Assembly: GCA_041649955.1 (NCBI GenBank)
Contig: JBAZMD010000001.1
Location: 68,079-132,078 of the forward strand
Source of the DNA: Patescibacteria group bacterium
GTDB taxonomy: Bacteria; Patescibacteriota; Patescibacteriia; UBA2591; JAQUPP01
Reading direction: 5' to 3'
Length of the DNA: 64,000 nt
The notes below the pieces were generated by a model. It was not told the origin of the DNA. It searched no databases and worked only from the letters and a program-made list of their open reading frames with translations. The translations under genes and the position numbers were made by a program. Shown here one piece after another: positions 54,813 to 62,862 of this stretch (within the stretch, counting starts at the first letter, position 1; each line of letters starts with the position of its first letter).

Positions 54813-54962
54813 CCCCCTCACATGTGGAAAACCATAAAGGGCATACTGTCTTTCGTTTTTTTATATATACACTGATTTTATCTTATCTATATGCTTATTT
54901 TTAACTTTATGCCTATTAAACTGTAATTTCCAAGAAAGACAATGGTTTTCCTTGTGAGGGGG
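54813..54962. repeat. MITE-like hairpin element with a C-rich and a G-rich arm, full-length copy (opposite orientation)
   Basis: Arms ccccctcacatgtggaaaaccat and atggttttccttgtgaggggg. Interior blocks match the reverse complement of the 19066-19222 interior. Confidence 0.75.
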
Positions 54963-54977
54963 CCAAGAGCAAATTTG

Positions 54978-55008
54978 GGGATAAATAAAAGGGGCGATTT
55001 CTCGCCCC
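54978..55008 (-). terminator. Intrinsic terminator after the 147-aa gene
   Basis: ggggcga-gaaa-tcgcccc, followed by ttttattt. Confidence 0.7.
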
Positions 55009-55029
55009 CCGTTTAAATACTTACTATTC

Positions 55030-55473
55030 CTATTCTTTTAGCTTCTTCATCCATGCCTTTAAACATTCTTCTACTTTTGGAAAGTCCTGAAACGTTGTGT
55101 TATCAGGACAGGAGATAATAATGACCATACTCTTACGTTCTATGACCGGATGCACCAGAACGCACATATCTTCCATGTCAAAGATGTTAAATTGATCATT
55201 ATCAATATCCCCAACATTTACATATGAAGCTGTCTTCCTGTGCTGCTTATACTGAAAAGTAAGAATAATGCCGGTATCTCGCGCAACTTTAGGATTTAAA
55301 ACTTCATAATCCATTATCTCTTCAATTTTCTCGGCTCCATAGAACATCAACTTGCCCACTTTTATTTTCCGCTGCTCTAATAAAATATATTTAAGCGCGG
55401 GAATATTATTCAGCTCCTCATCTATCTTTTCCGAATCTACTAATACATTATTCACTGCTGTTGTTGCGCCCAT
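55030..55473 (-). CDS. Hypothetical protein (147 aa)
   Basis: SD AGGGGGGG, promoter module and terminator present. No motif recognised. Confidence 0.6.
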   Translation of the reverse strand: MGATTAVNNVLVDSEKIDEELNNIPALKYILLEQRKIKVGKLMFYGAEKIEEIMDYEVLNPKVARDTGIILTFQYKQHRKTASYVNVGDIDNDQFNIFDMEDMCVLVHPVIERKSMVIIISCPDNTTFQDFPKVEECLKAWMKKLKE

Positions 55474-55527
55474 TATTGCCCCCCCCTTTTTTTTCTATTC
55501 AACGAACTTTAATTTTTATATGTTTTA

Positions 55528-55555
55528 ATTATAGCATATTTTTGATTTTTGTCAA
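55528..55555 (-). promoter_or_regulatory. Conserved promoter module (147-aa gene)
   Basis: TTGACAaaaatcaaaaatatgcTATAAT. Confidence 0.7.
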
Positions 55556-55585
55556 TAGATTGAAAAAAGGCGCTTAATTATTTAA

Positions 55586-55795
55586 TTAATACGCCTTCTT
55601 ATTCATACAGGCCTCCAAGATTTCTCTGAATGTCCTTTTATCCGATTTATCCGCATTGGGACAATGAGAAATTGGTTCTATTGGTAAAATTCCTAATCCC
55701 CTTAAAGTTTTCCTAACCTCATCCGCTTTAATCGCAGAATTGGGATTAGTAGGAATCTGCCAATAACCTGGATGGTTATTATCAAAAATGTCCAT
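55586..55795 (-). CDS. Hypothetical small protein (69 aa)
   Basis: SD AAGGAGG lies 4 nt before the ATG, with a promoter-like element upstream. Confidence 0.55.
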   Translation of the reverse strand: MDIFDNNHPGYWQIPTNPNSAIKADEVRKTLRGLGILPIEPISHCPNADKSDKRTFREILEACMNKKAY

Positions 55796-55815
55796 TTTTC
55801 CTCCTTTATATTAAT

Positions 55816-55843
55816 AGCATAGCATAAAATTGAGAAATGTCAA
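55816..55843 (-). promoter_or_regulatory. Promoter-like element (69-aa gene)
   Basis: TTGACAtttctcaattttatgcTATGCT. The choice of -10 box is ambiguous. Confidence 0.45.
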
Positions 55844-55897
55844 GATAGTTAAATTTAACTGTAATTTTCAGAAAAATAATAATCCCCATATGGGGAC

Positions 55898-55926
55898 TTG
55901 ACAAAAATCGGAAAATATGATATTTT
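55898..55926 (+). promoter_or_regulatory. Conserved promoter module in + orientation (158-aa gene)
   Basis: tccccatatggggacTTGACAaaaatcggaaaatatgaTATTTT, preceded by a 14-nt palindrome with a C arm and a G arm. Confidence 0.7.
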
Positions 55927-55996
55927 AAATGTATATAAATCAGTTATTTGAAAACCAAAAAAAAGTAAGAAGTAAAGAAAGAAGGAGGAGGTGAAC

Positions 55997-56473
55997 ATGT
56001 TTAATTTATTGGTGGCAGCAATGCTTATAGCCGCTCCCAAGACATATACAGTTCAAGGGGGTCCGGGACTTAGTTGCGACGGTTTCATATTTAGGGGTTC
56101 GGTAGACTACGGAAAGGTTGGTCTACAAATTTCGGAGTCCATATATTACAACATCGAGAAGAGTTACAACTTTCTTCACAGAGCAGAGTTCAGAACACTG
56201 CTTACCGGGACTGATTGTGACTATTTCTTTGTAGGGGGAGCTATCAATGAAACCAAAGGAAAGATTCCTACTACTGGTGTGGGAATAAGTGCCGGAGTGG
56301 GAGGTAGATTCACTTCTTGGTTCATTATAGAAGTGGGTCTTATCTGGGAAGTGTTCGGGGAATTCGGCGGAACATACAAATATGTATGTGACCGCAATTC
56401 ATTTGATAACTCATCCAGTAATAAATCAAAGTACGGTTGCATTTTCAATGTAACTGTTCCTCTGATAAGGTGA
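55997..56473 (+). CDS. Hypothetical secreted Gly-rich beta-type protein (158 aa)
   Basis: ATG 55997 follows GGAGGAGG. Signal-like MFNLLVAAMLIAAP. The same promoter module is present in + orientation, with a strong hairpin terminator downstream. Confidence 0.6.
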   Translation: MFNLLVAAMLIAAPKTYTVQGGPGLSCDGFIFRGSVDYGKVGLQISESIYYNIEKSYNFLHRAEFRTLLTGTDCDYFFVGGAINETKGKIPTTGVGISAGVGGRFTSWFIIEVGLIWEVFGEFGGTYKYVCDRNSFDNSSSNKSKYGCIFNVTVPLIR

Positions 56474-56481
56474 GAATTTTA

Positions 56482-56529
56482 GGGCCTTAGTCTATACACA
56501 TAATAGTATAGATTGAGGCCCGTTTTTTT
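56482..56529 (+). terminator. Intrinsic terminator after the + strand 158-aa gene
   Basis: gggccttagtctatac...gtatagattgaggccc, followed by gttttttt. Confidence 0.7.
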
Positions 56530-56570
56530 ATCTAAAAAGCGTAATGGGCGACAGATTTTCTGTCGCCCAT
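56530..56570 (-). terminator. Hairpin terminator after the Cys-rich 131-aa gene
   Basis: atgggcgaca-gaaaatc-tgtcgcccat, followed by tacgcttttt. Confidence 0.6.
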
Positions 56571-56573
56571 TGA

Positions 56574-56969
56574 TTATATTTGACATCCGGGATATCGCTC
56601 TGTGGGGATTCTTTCCCCGCCATTGTGATTTTGCGTCATTGCAATCTTTCGTTCAATGTTATCGCACCTTATACATTGAACACTGCCAAGTTTTTGAACC
56701 AATCGCAGAAATATACAGCAATCTTTCCCTCTGCCTCCTCCGCATTTTTTGATGTCGGTGATCTTTATTTCTTTTTCAAGTTCTATAACTTTCAGTTCAT
56801 CAGTTTTTACCGCTATTGCCGCAATAATGCCATCTCCAAAAAACAACACCGCTGTTTCGTCCAAATTGCAATGAGAAAATACACCTTGTATCGGACCTAC
56901 TAAATTACCACAACTGATACCTTCCATTCCTTTATAGGATACTACTGTTTGTTTCGGAATTTGTTCCAT
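56574..56969 (-). CDS. Hypothetical Cys-rich protein (131 aa)
   Basis: SD GGAGGTGGG. C-terminal Cys pattern KKCGGGRGKDCC...CIRCDN...PGCQI. No family recognised. Confidence 0.6.
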   Translation of the reverse strand: MEQIPKQTVVSYKGMEGISCGNLVGPIQGVFSHCNLDETAVLFFGDGIIAAIAVKTDELKVIELEKEIKITDIKKCGGGRGKDCCIFLRLVQKLGSVQCIRCDNIERKIAMTQNHNGGERIPTERYPGCQI

Positions 56970-57034
56970 TCATCCCACCTCCTTTTAAAAGATGCTTTTA
57001 AATCCTTAATTATTAGATTTAATTTGTTACTATT

Positions 57035-57063
57035 ATTTAAGCAAATTTTTTGATTTTTGTCAA
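57035..57063 (-). promoter_or_regulatory. Conserved promoter module (Cys-rich 131-aa gene)
   Basis: ggggTTGACAaaaatcaaaaaatttgcTTAAAT. Confidence 0.65.
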
Positions 57064-57078
57064 CCCCTATTACAAAAA

Positions 57079-57825
57079 TTATTCTTTGACCAATTCAACA
57101 GACAAGCTTTCAAGAGGGATTCCTTGATATTGCTTTTTGCTTATCTCTTTATTTTCCAATAAAATATTGGCAATAAATCCCACTTTTTTTATTTTATTCA
57201 AATAATCTTCTTTTAATAACGCTCCTGCCACGCAACCGGATAATAACTCTTCATTATTTCTTTGCTCGTCCGATAATTCTTTTAATAAAACAATATCAGA
57301 AACATACATTCTGCCTCCTCTTTTCAAAACCCTATAAGCTTCTTTAAACGTTTTTTCTTTATCCGGAGTAAGATTTATGACGCAGTTTGTTATTATAACA
57401 TCCACGGTATTGTCTTTAATCGGCAGATTTTCTATTTCTCCTAAAATAAATTCTAAATTTTTTAAATTATTATTTTTGGCGATTGATTTTGCTCTTTCAA
57501 CCATTGCCTCGGTCATATCTATTCCGATAACTTTGCCGTTTTCACCAACTTTTTTTGCGGCCAAGAAACAATCAATACCAGCCCCTGATCCCAAATCCAA
57601 AACCGTATCCCCTTCTTTTATCTTGCTTAGAGCTACCGGATTCCCGCAGCCAAGACCAAGATTCGCGCTCCCTGCTACTTTGAGATCATTTTCCGAATAT
57701 CCTATATCTTTTGAAATATTAACGCCTTTTCCGCAACTACAGCTGCAACCGCATTGAGAACCGCTCTTCGCCAATTCTTCATATTTACTTTTTACGATTT
57801 GTTTTATATCTTTAGAATTTTTCAT
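57079..57825 (-). CDS. arsM: ArsM-like SAM-dependent methyltransferase (arsenite/thiol methyltransferase layout)
   Basis: 248 aa. N-terminal Cys cluster SQCGCSCSCG, then GLGCGNP and motif I VLDLGSGAGIDCF. Confidence 0.7.
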   Translation of the reverse strand: MKNSKDIKQIVKSKYEELAKSGSQCGCSCSCGKGVNISKDIGYSENDLKVAGSANLGLGCGNPVALSKIKEGDTVLDLGSGAGIDCFLAAKKVGENGKVIGIDMTEAMVERAKSIAKNNNLKNLEFILGEIENLPIKDNTVDVIITNCVINLTPDKEKTFKEAYRVLKRGGRMYVSDIVLLKELSDEQRNNEELLSGCVAGALLKEDYLNKIKKVGFIANILLENKEISKKQYQGIPLESLSVELVKE

Positions 57826-57899
57826 AATTTAATTTTGCTTATAATATTTTATATTTTTAGTATAGCAAATTTAAATAAAAAAATATAGCAGCTTGTTTT

Positions 57900-57938
57900 G
57901 AATAAATTTTAAATGGGGAAAAGCTTTTGCCTTTCCCC
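57900..57938 (-). terminator. Hairpin terminator after the 140-aa gene
   Basis: A 10-bp stem ggggaaaggc/gcttttcccc with an AAAA loop. Confidence 0.6.
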
Positions 57939-57952
57939 ATTTCCTTCAATTA

Positions 57953-58375
57953 TTATTTTCTAAATGTCAGAGAAGAGAAGAAAGCAGGCAAGGCCTCAAT
58001 AATACGGCGCCGAAAATCAGCCTCTACTTCTAAAAATGGTTTCTCTTCTTGGATAGCCACTTTTAACATCCCGAATGTATTACCAATTAGAGCTCGGTGA
58101 CCCATTTCGTCTTCTACTTCCTTAAGTTCATCCTGATATTTCTGAAGTCCTAATTTGATGCTCATTACCAAACCATCTATCCTGGCAGGCTGATTTGAGA
58201 ATTTAACAATTTGCAAGACCTGGTATATATGTTTTAAGGTATCTTCCTGAATCCGCTTAACTTCTACTGTATAAAAATTACTATTTTTTTGGGCTAACCT
58301 TAATACATCTTGTTCTCTTTCCAGAATTTCTTTTATCTCTTCCCACTGTTTTTGATAAAGAACTTCTTTGCTCAT
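57953..58375 (-). CDS. Hypothetical helical protein (140 aa)
   Basis: Start moved to ATG 58375, 6 nt after GGGGGTG. The ORF-track GTG at 58384 abuts the SD. Promoter and terminator present. Confidence 0.6.
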   Translation of the reverse strand: MSKEVLYQKQWEEIKEILEREQDVLRLAQKNSNFYTVEVKRIQEDTLKHIYQVLQIVKFSNQPARIDGLVMSIKLGLQKYQDELKEVEDEMGHRALIGNTFGMLKVAIQEEKPFLEVEADFRRRIIEALPAFFSSLTFRK

Positions 58376-58405
58376 TTCAATCACCCCCTTTTTTTAATTA
58401 TTTAA

Positions 58406-58434
58406 AATATATCATAATTTTTACTTTTTGTCAA
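58406..58434 (-). promoter_or_regulatory. Promoter module (140-aa gene)
   Basis: TTGACAaaaagtaaaaattatgaTATATT. Confidence 0.65.
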
Positions 58435-58475
58435 GACATTTTTGAATAATAAAAAAAGATTTAAAGAATCTAGTT

Positions 58476-59066
58476 TTATACAGTGGCATCTCTCCTTTCT
58501 TTCACAAATCCTATCCGCTTGTTTTGTGCTGTCATTTTTATAAAGTAAGCGAGCGTTTTTTTATACATATCCATATGGTGCTGTTTGCGATCCTCAATAT
58601 ATGCAATTCTAATGCGCCGATATGAGAGCGGAAATGCTTGAAAATATTTCCAAGCATTCTTATTCCTCCGCAACGCCTTATAAATATCTTTGGGAACTGC
58701 AAATTTATTAGTTTCATCTATTTTCGGATTGAATGCATGCGCGATAGCTTTAAGTCCATATTTTGTCATCTTTTTTTCTTTTATGAGCTCATATATGCGC
58801 TCTCTATTCATCTGCGAAAGCCCGCTTCTTGATTTGCGCGGTGAAAAACGTTGCGCAAAACGCTCTTTGTCAATCTTTTTAACAGTGCTGTCAATCCACC
58901 CATAGCAAAGAGCTTCCAGGACCGCATCGTCATATGAAATACGAGGTTTCCCGGTTTCTTTGCGATAATATATAAGCCATATTTCTTTTTGGTTTTTATG
59001 ATTTTTTATCAGCCATTTCCGCCAATTTTTCCTATTGGTTACGTAAAGTGTATTTTTAATTTCCAT
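58476..59066 (-). CDS. YdeI/OmdA-family protein
   Basis: 196 aa with WRKWLIKNHKNQKEIWLIYYRKETGKPRISYDDAVLEALCYGWIDS. Extended -10 (TGaTATTAT) lies 6 nt from the ATG with no SD. Confidence 0.7.
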   Translation of the reverse strand: MEIKNTLYVTNRKNWRKWLIKNHKNQKEIWLIYYRKETGKPRISYDDAVLEALCYGWIDSTVKKIDKERFAQRFSPRKSRSGLSQMNRERIYELIKEKKMTKYGLKAIAHAFNPKIDETNKFAVPKDIYKALRRNKNAWKYFQAFPLSYRRIRIAYIEDRKQHHMDMYKKTLAYFIKMTAQNKRIGFVKERRDATV

Positions 59067-59072
59067 ATTTTT

Positions 59073-59081
59073 ATAATATCA
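59073..59081 (-). promoter_or_regulatory. Extended -10 element for the ydeI-like gene, leaderless geometry
   Basis: TGaTATTATaaaaatATG, with no convincing -35 box. Confidence 0.4.
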
Positions 59082-59103
59082 TTTTTTGTTCAAAAGTACC
59101 AGA

Positions 59104-59140
59104 TTTAAAAAAAATCAGGGGCGAACATAAGTTCGCCCCT
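59104..59140 (-). terminator. Intrinsic terminator after the 585-aa gene
   Basis: aggggcgaac-ttat-gttcgcccct, followed by gatttttttt. Confidence 0.75.
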
Positions 59141-59156
59141 TTATAATTCTCTCCTT

Positions 59157-60914
59157 TCATTTAAGATTATCGTTTATCGCTTTATAAGCCTTTTGAATAT
59201 TCCAGCCATCTCTATTACAGAGATGGTAAACAAAATTGTGGAGTTCTTTAAGATCGTATTCATCGTAGATAGAAATAAGCTTTCGAGTAAGAACAAAAAG
59301 ATGTTCTGCTATCAAATCATTGTCTGTCCTTTTTGTATCCACGTGAAGTTTCCCGCTTTCTGTGACCGTGATAATACTTGCGGCCATCAGCTTATTCAAA
59401 ATTCCCATGCATTCGTTGACGTATGGAGCCACGGTTGGATTATTAAAATTACTCTGTTCCAACATTCTGATTAAGTGAGAAATAATCATGGCAGCAAGAC
59501 TTGAGAAAGCTTCTTTTCTAATTTCATCACTGAGCGAACCATTTTCAATTGCCTGACGAACCCCTTCAATATCAAGCAGTGTTGCTTTCATTTCCTCAAC
59601 CTTTGACTTATTATCGCCAAAGACCTCAATTAAACGTTCATTAATACAGAAACAATGTCCAAATTCGTGGCCAAAGACGTCCAAGTAAGCGAATTCTTCT
59701 TTCAAAAATTTCATGGCCCAAGTTGAACTTTCCGGGTCAAGCACTTTTTGAATAAGACTCTGAAATCCGTGAAAACGCTGTTTCATGGATTCTTGATCTA
59801 AAAAAACTTTCATTCCCAGTGCTTGCGCTTCCGGATAATTTGGCACTGACTGACCGGCTAAACGAAAATCAATATTGGAACCGCTAGCCAAAATAGTCAG
59901 AAAAACTCCCACATCAGTTCTCTTAATCTTTTCAACGGCCCTTGGGTCAAATTTCTTTGCGAGATCGCTCATTTCTTTGCGCATAAGACCCAATTCTTTC
60001 GCATGACAACCTGTTCGCCATAATAAACGGTATTCCGGCGCTACGCGAATTGGAACCTCATAATCACTTTCCATCATATGAACAGGAATAAGACGACGGT
60101 CAGAACTGATTTCTATCCATTTTTTATCAACTTCTATCCAAAGAGTTTCCATTTGTTCCAAATCCTTATTAATCAAAGCAGTGCGAAGTGCTAAAAAATA
60201 TTCCCGATAATCAGTATCATCCGGCAAATTCTTTGCCAGTTGTTTTAGAATCTTGGCAATTCCATTAATTTCAATCGGAAACATCTCGACAAGCGGAATT
60301 TGTTTTGCCTTTTCAATTTGCTTTGCAGTAAGCGGTTTGGTATAAGGATTATTTGGACCCCTGGCAAGTACTGAATACTTATCGGTTTTCCCAAATTTTT
60401 GAATCAATTCCTTAAGTTCATCCGCACTCAACTTGCTTGTCCGAAACGGAATGACAACCCATTTCCACCACTTGCTGAAAAGATCATCAAAAAGCGTGCC
60501 TATTTTGTATCCGGCCTCGGCAATAAAATTTTCTTCATCAAACGCCAAAATATTAGGGCATGCCATACAGACATCTTTTAGGGCTGCGTGAATCGCATCC
60601 TGACATGGACGGACGACCAGCGAATAAAAAAATGACAACTTAACGGCGTCATCTTTTGGCAGTTGAGCACCTGCCGTATTGGTTCTTCTGGCCGCGTATT
60701 CCACTGCCAAATCAACCGGCACATTGAAATCAATTGCAATTATAATTTTTGCAATTTGATTTCTGATTTTCTTATCATTTATAAGAAAATAGTCAACACT
60801 GTCCATCATTTCCTTGAGTACCTCTGTGGGTTCTGACAAAATAAATTCTTTCGGCCTTTCTTTCAAAATCTCAATTAACTCCGCAGAGTATTCCTTTGCT
60901 TTTTTCAAATCCAT
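59157..60914 (-). CDS. Large hypothetical protein with an HEFGH (HExxH) zinc-peptidase-like motif
   Basis: 585 aa. DVFGHEFGHCF, with VEEMKA about 20 aa downstream. SD AAGGAGGTGGGAG. Uses a TGA stop. Confidence 0.6.
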   Translation of the reverse strand: MDLKKAKEYSAELIEILKERPKEFILSEPTEVLKEMMDSVDYFLINDKKIRNQIAKIIIAIDFNVPVDLAVEYAARRTNTAGAQLPKDDAVKLSFFYSLVVRPCQDAIHAALKDVCMACPNILAFDEENFIAEAGYKIGTLFDDLFSKWWKWVVIPFRTSKLSADELKELIQKFGKTDKYSVLARGPNNPYTKPLTAKQIEKAKQIPLVEMFPIEINGIAKILKQLAKNLPDDTDYREYFLALRTALINKDLEQMETLWIEVDKKWIEISSDRRLIPVHMMESDYEVPIRVAPEYRLLWRTGCHAKELGLMRKEMSDLAKKFDPRAVEKIKRTDVGVFLTILASGSNIDFRLAGQSVPNYPEAQALGMKVFLDQESMKQRFHGFQSLIQKVLDPESSTWAMKFLKEEFAYLDVFGHEFGHCFCINERLIEVFGDNKSKVEEMKATLLDIEGVRQAIENGSLSDEIRKEAFSSLAAMIISHLIRMLEQSNFNNPTVAPYVNECMGILNKLMAASIITVTESGKLHVDTKRTDNDLIAEHLFVLTRKLISIYDEYDLKELHNFVYHLCNRDGWNIQKAYKAINDNLK

Positions 60915-60986
60915 CTCCCACCTCCTTGTGGTTAAATTTAATTTTTTTCAATGAACAACTATTCCTCCTTTAATTTAATTATTTAT

Positions 60987-61015
60987 ATATTAATTTATTT
61001 TTTGGAAAATGTCAA
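60987..61015 (-). promoter_or_regulatory. Promoter (585-aa HExxH gene)
   Basis: TTGACAttttccaaaaaataaatTAATAT. Confidence 0.6.
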
Positions 61016-61077
61016 TATCAAAAAAAGACATTATTACTGCAGGTATTATTGATTGCACGAAAACCATTTGAATAAAT

Positions 61078-61114
61078 TTTGAATAATAATACCGGGTTAA
61101 TCGCTTAACCCGGT
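61078..61114 (-). terminator. Hairpin after the 130-aa gene (weak U-tract)
   Basis: accgggttaagcgattaacccggt. Confidence 0.45.
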
Positions 61115-61130
61115 AAATACTTATTTTTTA

Positions 61131-61523
61131 TTACGCCCACCTGAAAGCGGAATTTTCCAACTTCGCAATATCCTCTTTTGAGAGAACGGTCATAACCGGT
61201 CTTTCACCCCAATCAGGATTAGAAATACTGAGATATTCCAGAGAAATAGCCTGCTTACTATCGGGACTAACGAGAAGCGGCAATTCTTTTATCTCATTCC
61301 TTGTTTTCGGAAGTTTTTTAAGCACTTCCGGAAATAAACTGCAATCAGCGCAGAAAAACGGCTCATGCGACTTATGACCATTAAGCTTTACAAGAGCAGG
61401 AAGGAAACTTCCCATACCGTGTTTTTTCTCTATCAATCCACCTTTGACAATCCTCCAGCCATTAAGCTTTACGCCCTGCAATTCGCCTAATTTTTTAGGG
61501 TACTCATTTTTTAAATTTTTCAT
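61131..61523 (-). CDS. Hypothetical protein (130 aa)
   Basis: SD GAAGGAGG, promoter 61545-61573 and a hairpin downstream. Confidence 0.6.
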   Translation of the reverse strand: MKNLKNEYPKKLGELQGVKLNGWRIVKGGLIEKKHGMGSFLPALVKLNGHKSHEPFFCADCSLFPEVLKKLPKTRNEIKELPLLVSPDSKQAISLEYLSISNPDWGERPVMTVLSKEDIAKLENSAFRWA

Positions 61524-61544
61524 CTTTACCTCCTTCTAGATAAA

Positions 61545-61573
61545 AAGATAACATAAAAATATTTTTTTGTCAA
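61545..61573 (-). promoter_or_regulatory. Promoter (130-aa gene)
   Basis: TTGACAaaaaaatatttttatgtTATCTT. Confidence 0.6.
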
Positions 61574-61589
61574 TATCAAAAAAAGCCCT

Positions 61590-61943
61590 CTATGAAGGCT
61601 CTTTTTTAAAAATTTGCTTTTGTGCCAACAATAAACTTATTAATACTAAAATATTTAAAATCAGAGAAATGACATCAAAAATACCGACTTCATCTGTTAT
61701 TGATAATATTGCGTTAAATAGGGAGAAAATAATTGAGAATACGAAAATTATTTTAATTCTTTTTATTAATCCAAAAAGCGCAATGGCAAAAAATAAGGGT
61801 TCAAGAAATAATAATATTTTAAGTATTAAATAATTTTCGTAGGAAGCAAATTTAAAAAATGAAAAATAAACGGCGATTATGCTCCAAAAAATAATGCTTA
61901 TTATCAGAAGTATCTTGCATAAAATTAAAGGAAAAAATTTCAT
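61590..61943 (-). CDS. Hypothetical polytopic membrane protein (117 aa)
   Basis: Four hydrophobic helices. Lies 17 nt downstream of the previous membrane-protein gene. Confidence 0.55.
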   Translation of the reverse strand: MKFFPLILCKILLIISIIFWSIIAVYFSFFKFASYENYLILKILLFLEPLFFAIALFGLIKRIKIIFVFSIIFSLFNAILSITDEVGIFDVISLILNILVLISLLLAQKQIFKKEPS

Positions 61944-61960
61944 AATTTTAACTTTCGGCT

Positions 61961-62299
61961 TTATTTTTTTCTAAAAACTTTAATTTCTGAAAGATATTTT
62001 CTGCTCAAAAAAAGAGCGCCCAGTATAATAGCCGGAATAGATATGATCATTGATTCAAAACGGGAAAGAATAAGCATCAATAATCCAATGATAAGAAAAA
62101 TAAATCCTCCCAGTCGCTCATGTTTCCATGCAACGATAATCAGTATAAGCAAAGCAAATGACGGCAATAAATGCATAAAAAGAGGTAGAATAACTCTCCA
62201 GCCGCTGTATTCAGAAAACACATCAAGCGAAAACAAAGATAAAAATACGACAAATCCAATGCTTAAAATTCTCGGCAGCCAATAAATAATTTTATTCAT
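61961..62299 (-). CDS. Hypothetical polytopic membrane protein (start uncertain; the ORF extends to 62434)
   Basis: From ATG 62299 it reads MNKIIYWLPRILSIGFVVFLSLF... with four TMs. Upstream in-frame codons overlap a promoter-like TTGTTA-N16-TATGAT (62334-62361) and lie only 33 nt from the terminator of the preceding gene. Confidence 0.5.
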   Translation of the reverse strand: MNKIIYWLPRILSIGFVVFLSLFSLDVFSEYSGWRVILPLFMHLLPSFALLILIIVAWKHERLGGFIFLIIGLLMLILSRFESMIISIPAIILGALFLSRKYLSEIKVFRKK

Positions 62300-62467
62300 A
62301 TGATTAATATATTTATTTATAAAGATTGATTTAATCATAGCAAAAATGGAAAAAATAACAAGGTGAAATAAAATAGCGAATCTACGTTTGGTATTATAAA
62401 TTTTAATTATTCCATTCCTACAATTTGGCCTCATTTGGAAACCGCGGCTTTAATTTAATAAAGATTA

Positions 62468-62501
62468 AAAAAACCGCCCTAATTTTCATTAGTGGCGGTT
62501 T
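62468..62501 (-). terminator. Intrinsic terminator after the 80-aa membrane gene
   Basis: aaaccgccactaa-tgaaaa-ttagggcggttt, followed by ttttt. Confidence 0.7.
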
Positions 62502-62515
62502 AAATTCGAATTTAA

Positions 62516-62758
62516 TTACATTTTAAGAAATGTCCATCCATACTTTACAAACATGCCTATCATAGCCAGGATACTTCCAAAAACCATTCCGATTCCGGCG
62601 ATACAGGTAACATTGAATGATTGATGAAATTTGGCCCAATCTTTTATAATTGGCCAGTAGCTCCCTTTTACTCCGTCTGTGAACATTGAGATAGCGAATA
62701 CTATGAATGAAAGTATCAGTATACCCAAACCCATCTTAACGAGAAAAAAATTAGTCAT
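62516..62758 (-). CDS. Hypothetical small membrane protein (80 aa)
   Basis: Start set at ATG 62758 after AAGGGGGAG (MTNFFLVKMGLGILILSFIVFAI...). The upstream ORF-track codons cover the promoter module at 62815-62843. Confidence 0.6.
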   Translation of the reverse strand: MTNFFLVKMGLGILILSFIVFAISMFTDGVKGSYWPIIKDWAKFHQSFNVTCIAGIGMVFGSILAMIGMFVKYGWTFLKM

Positions 62759-62814
62759 CTCTCCCCCTTTATTGCTTTTTAAAAAACTATTGTTAGTTTT
62801 TATATTATATTTAA

Positions 62815-62843
62815 ATAATAGCACATTTTTCACTTTTTGTCAA
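62815..62843 (-). promoter_or_regulatory. Promoter module (80-aa membrane gene)
   Basis: TTGACAaaaagtgaaaaatgtgcTATTAT. Confidence 0.65.
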
Positions 62844-62862
62844 GTGTAATTATCTCTAATTT

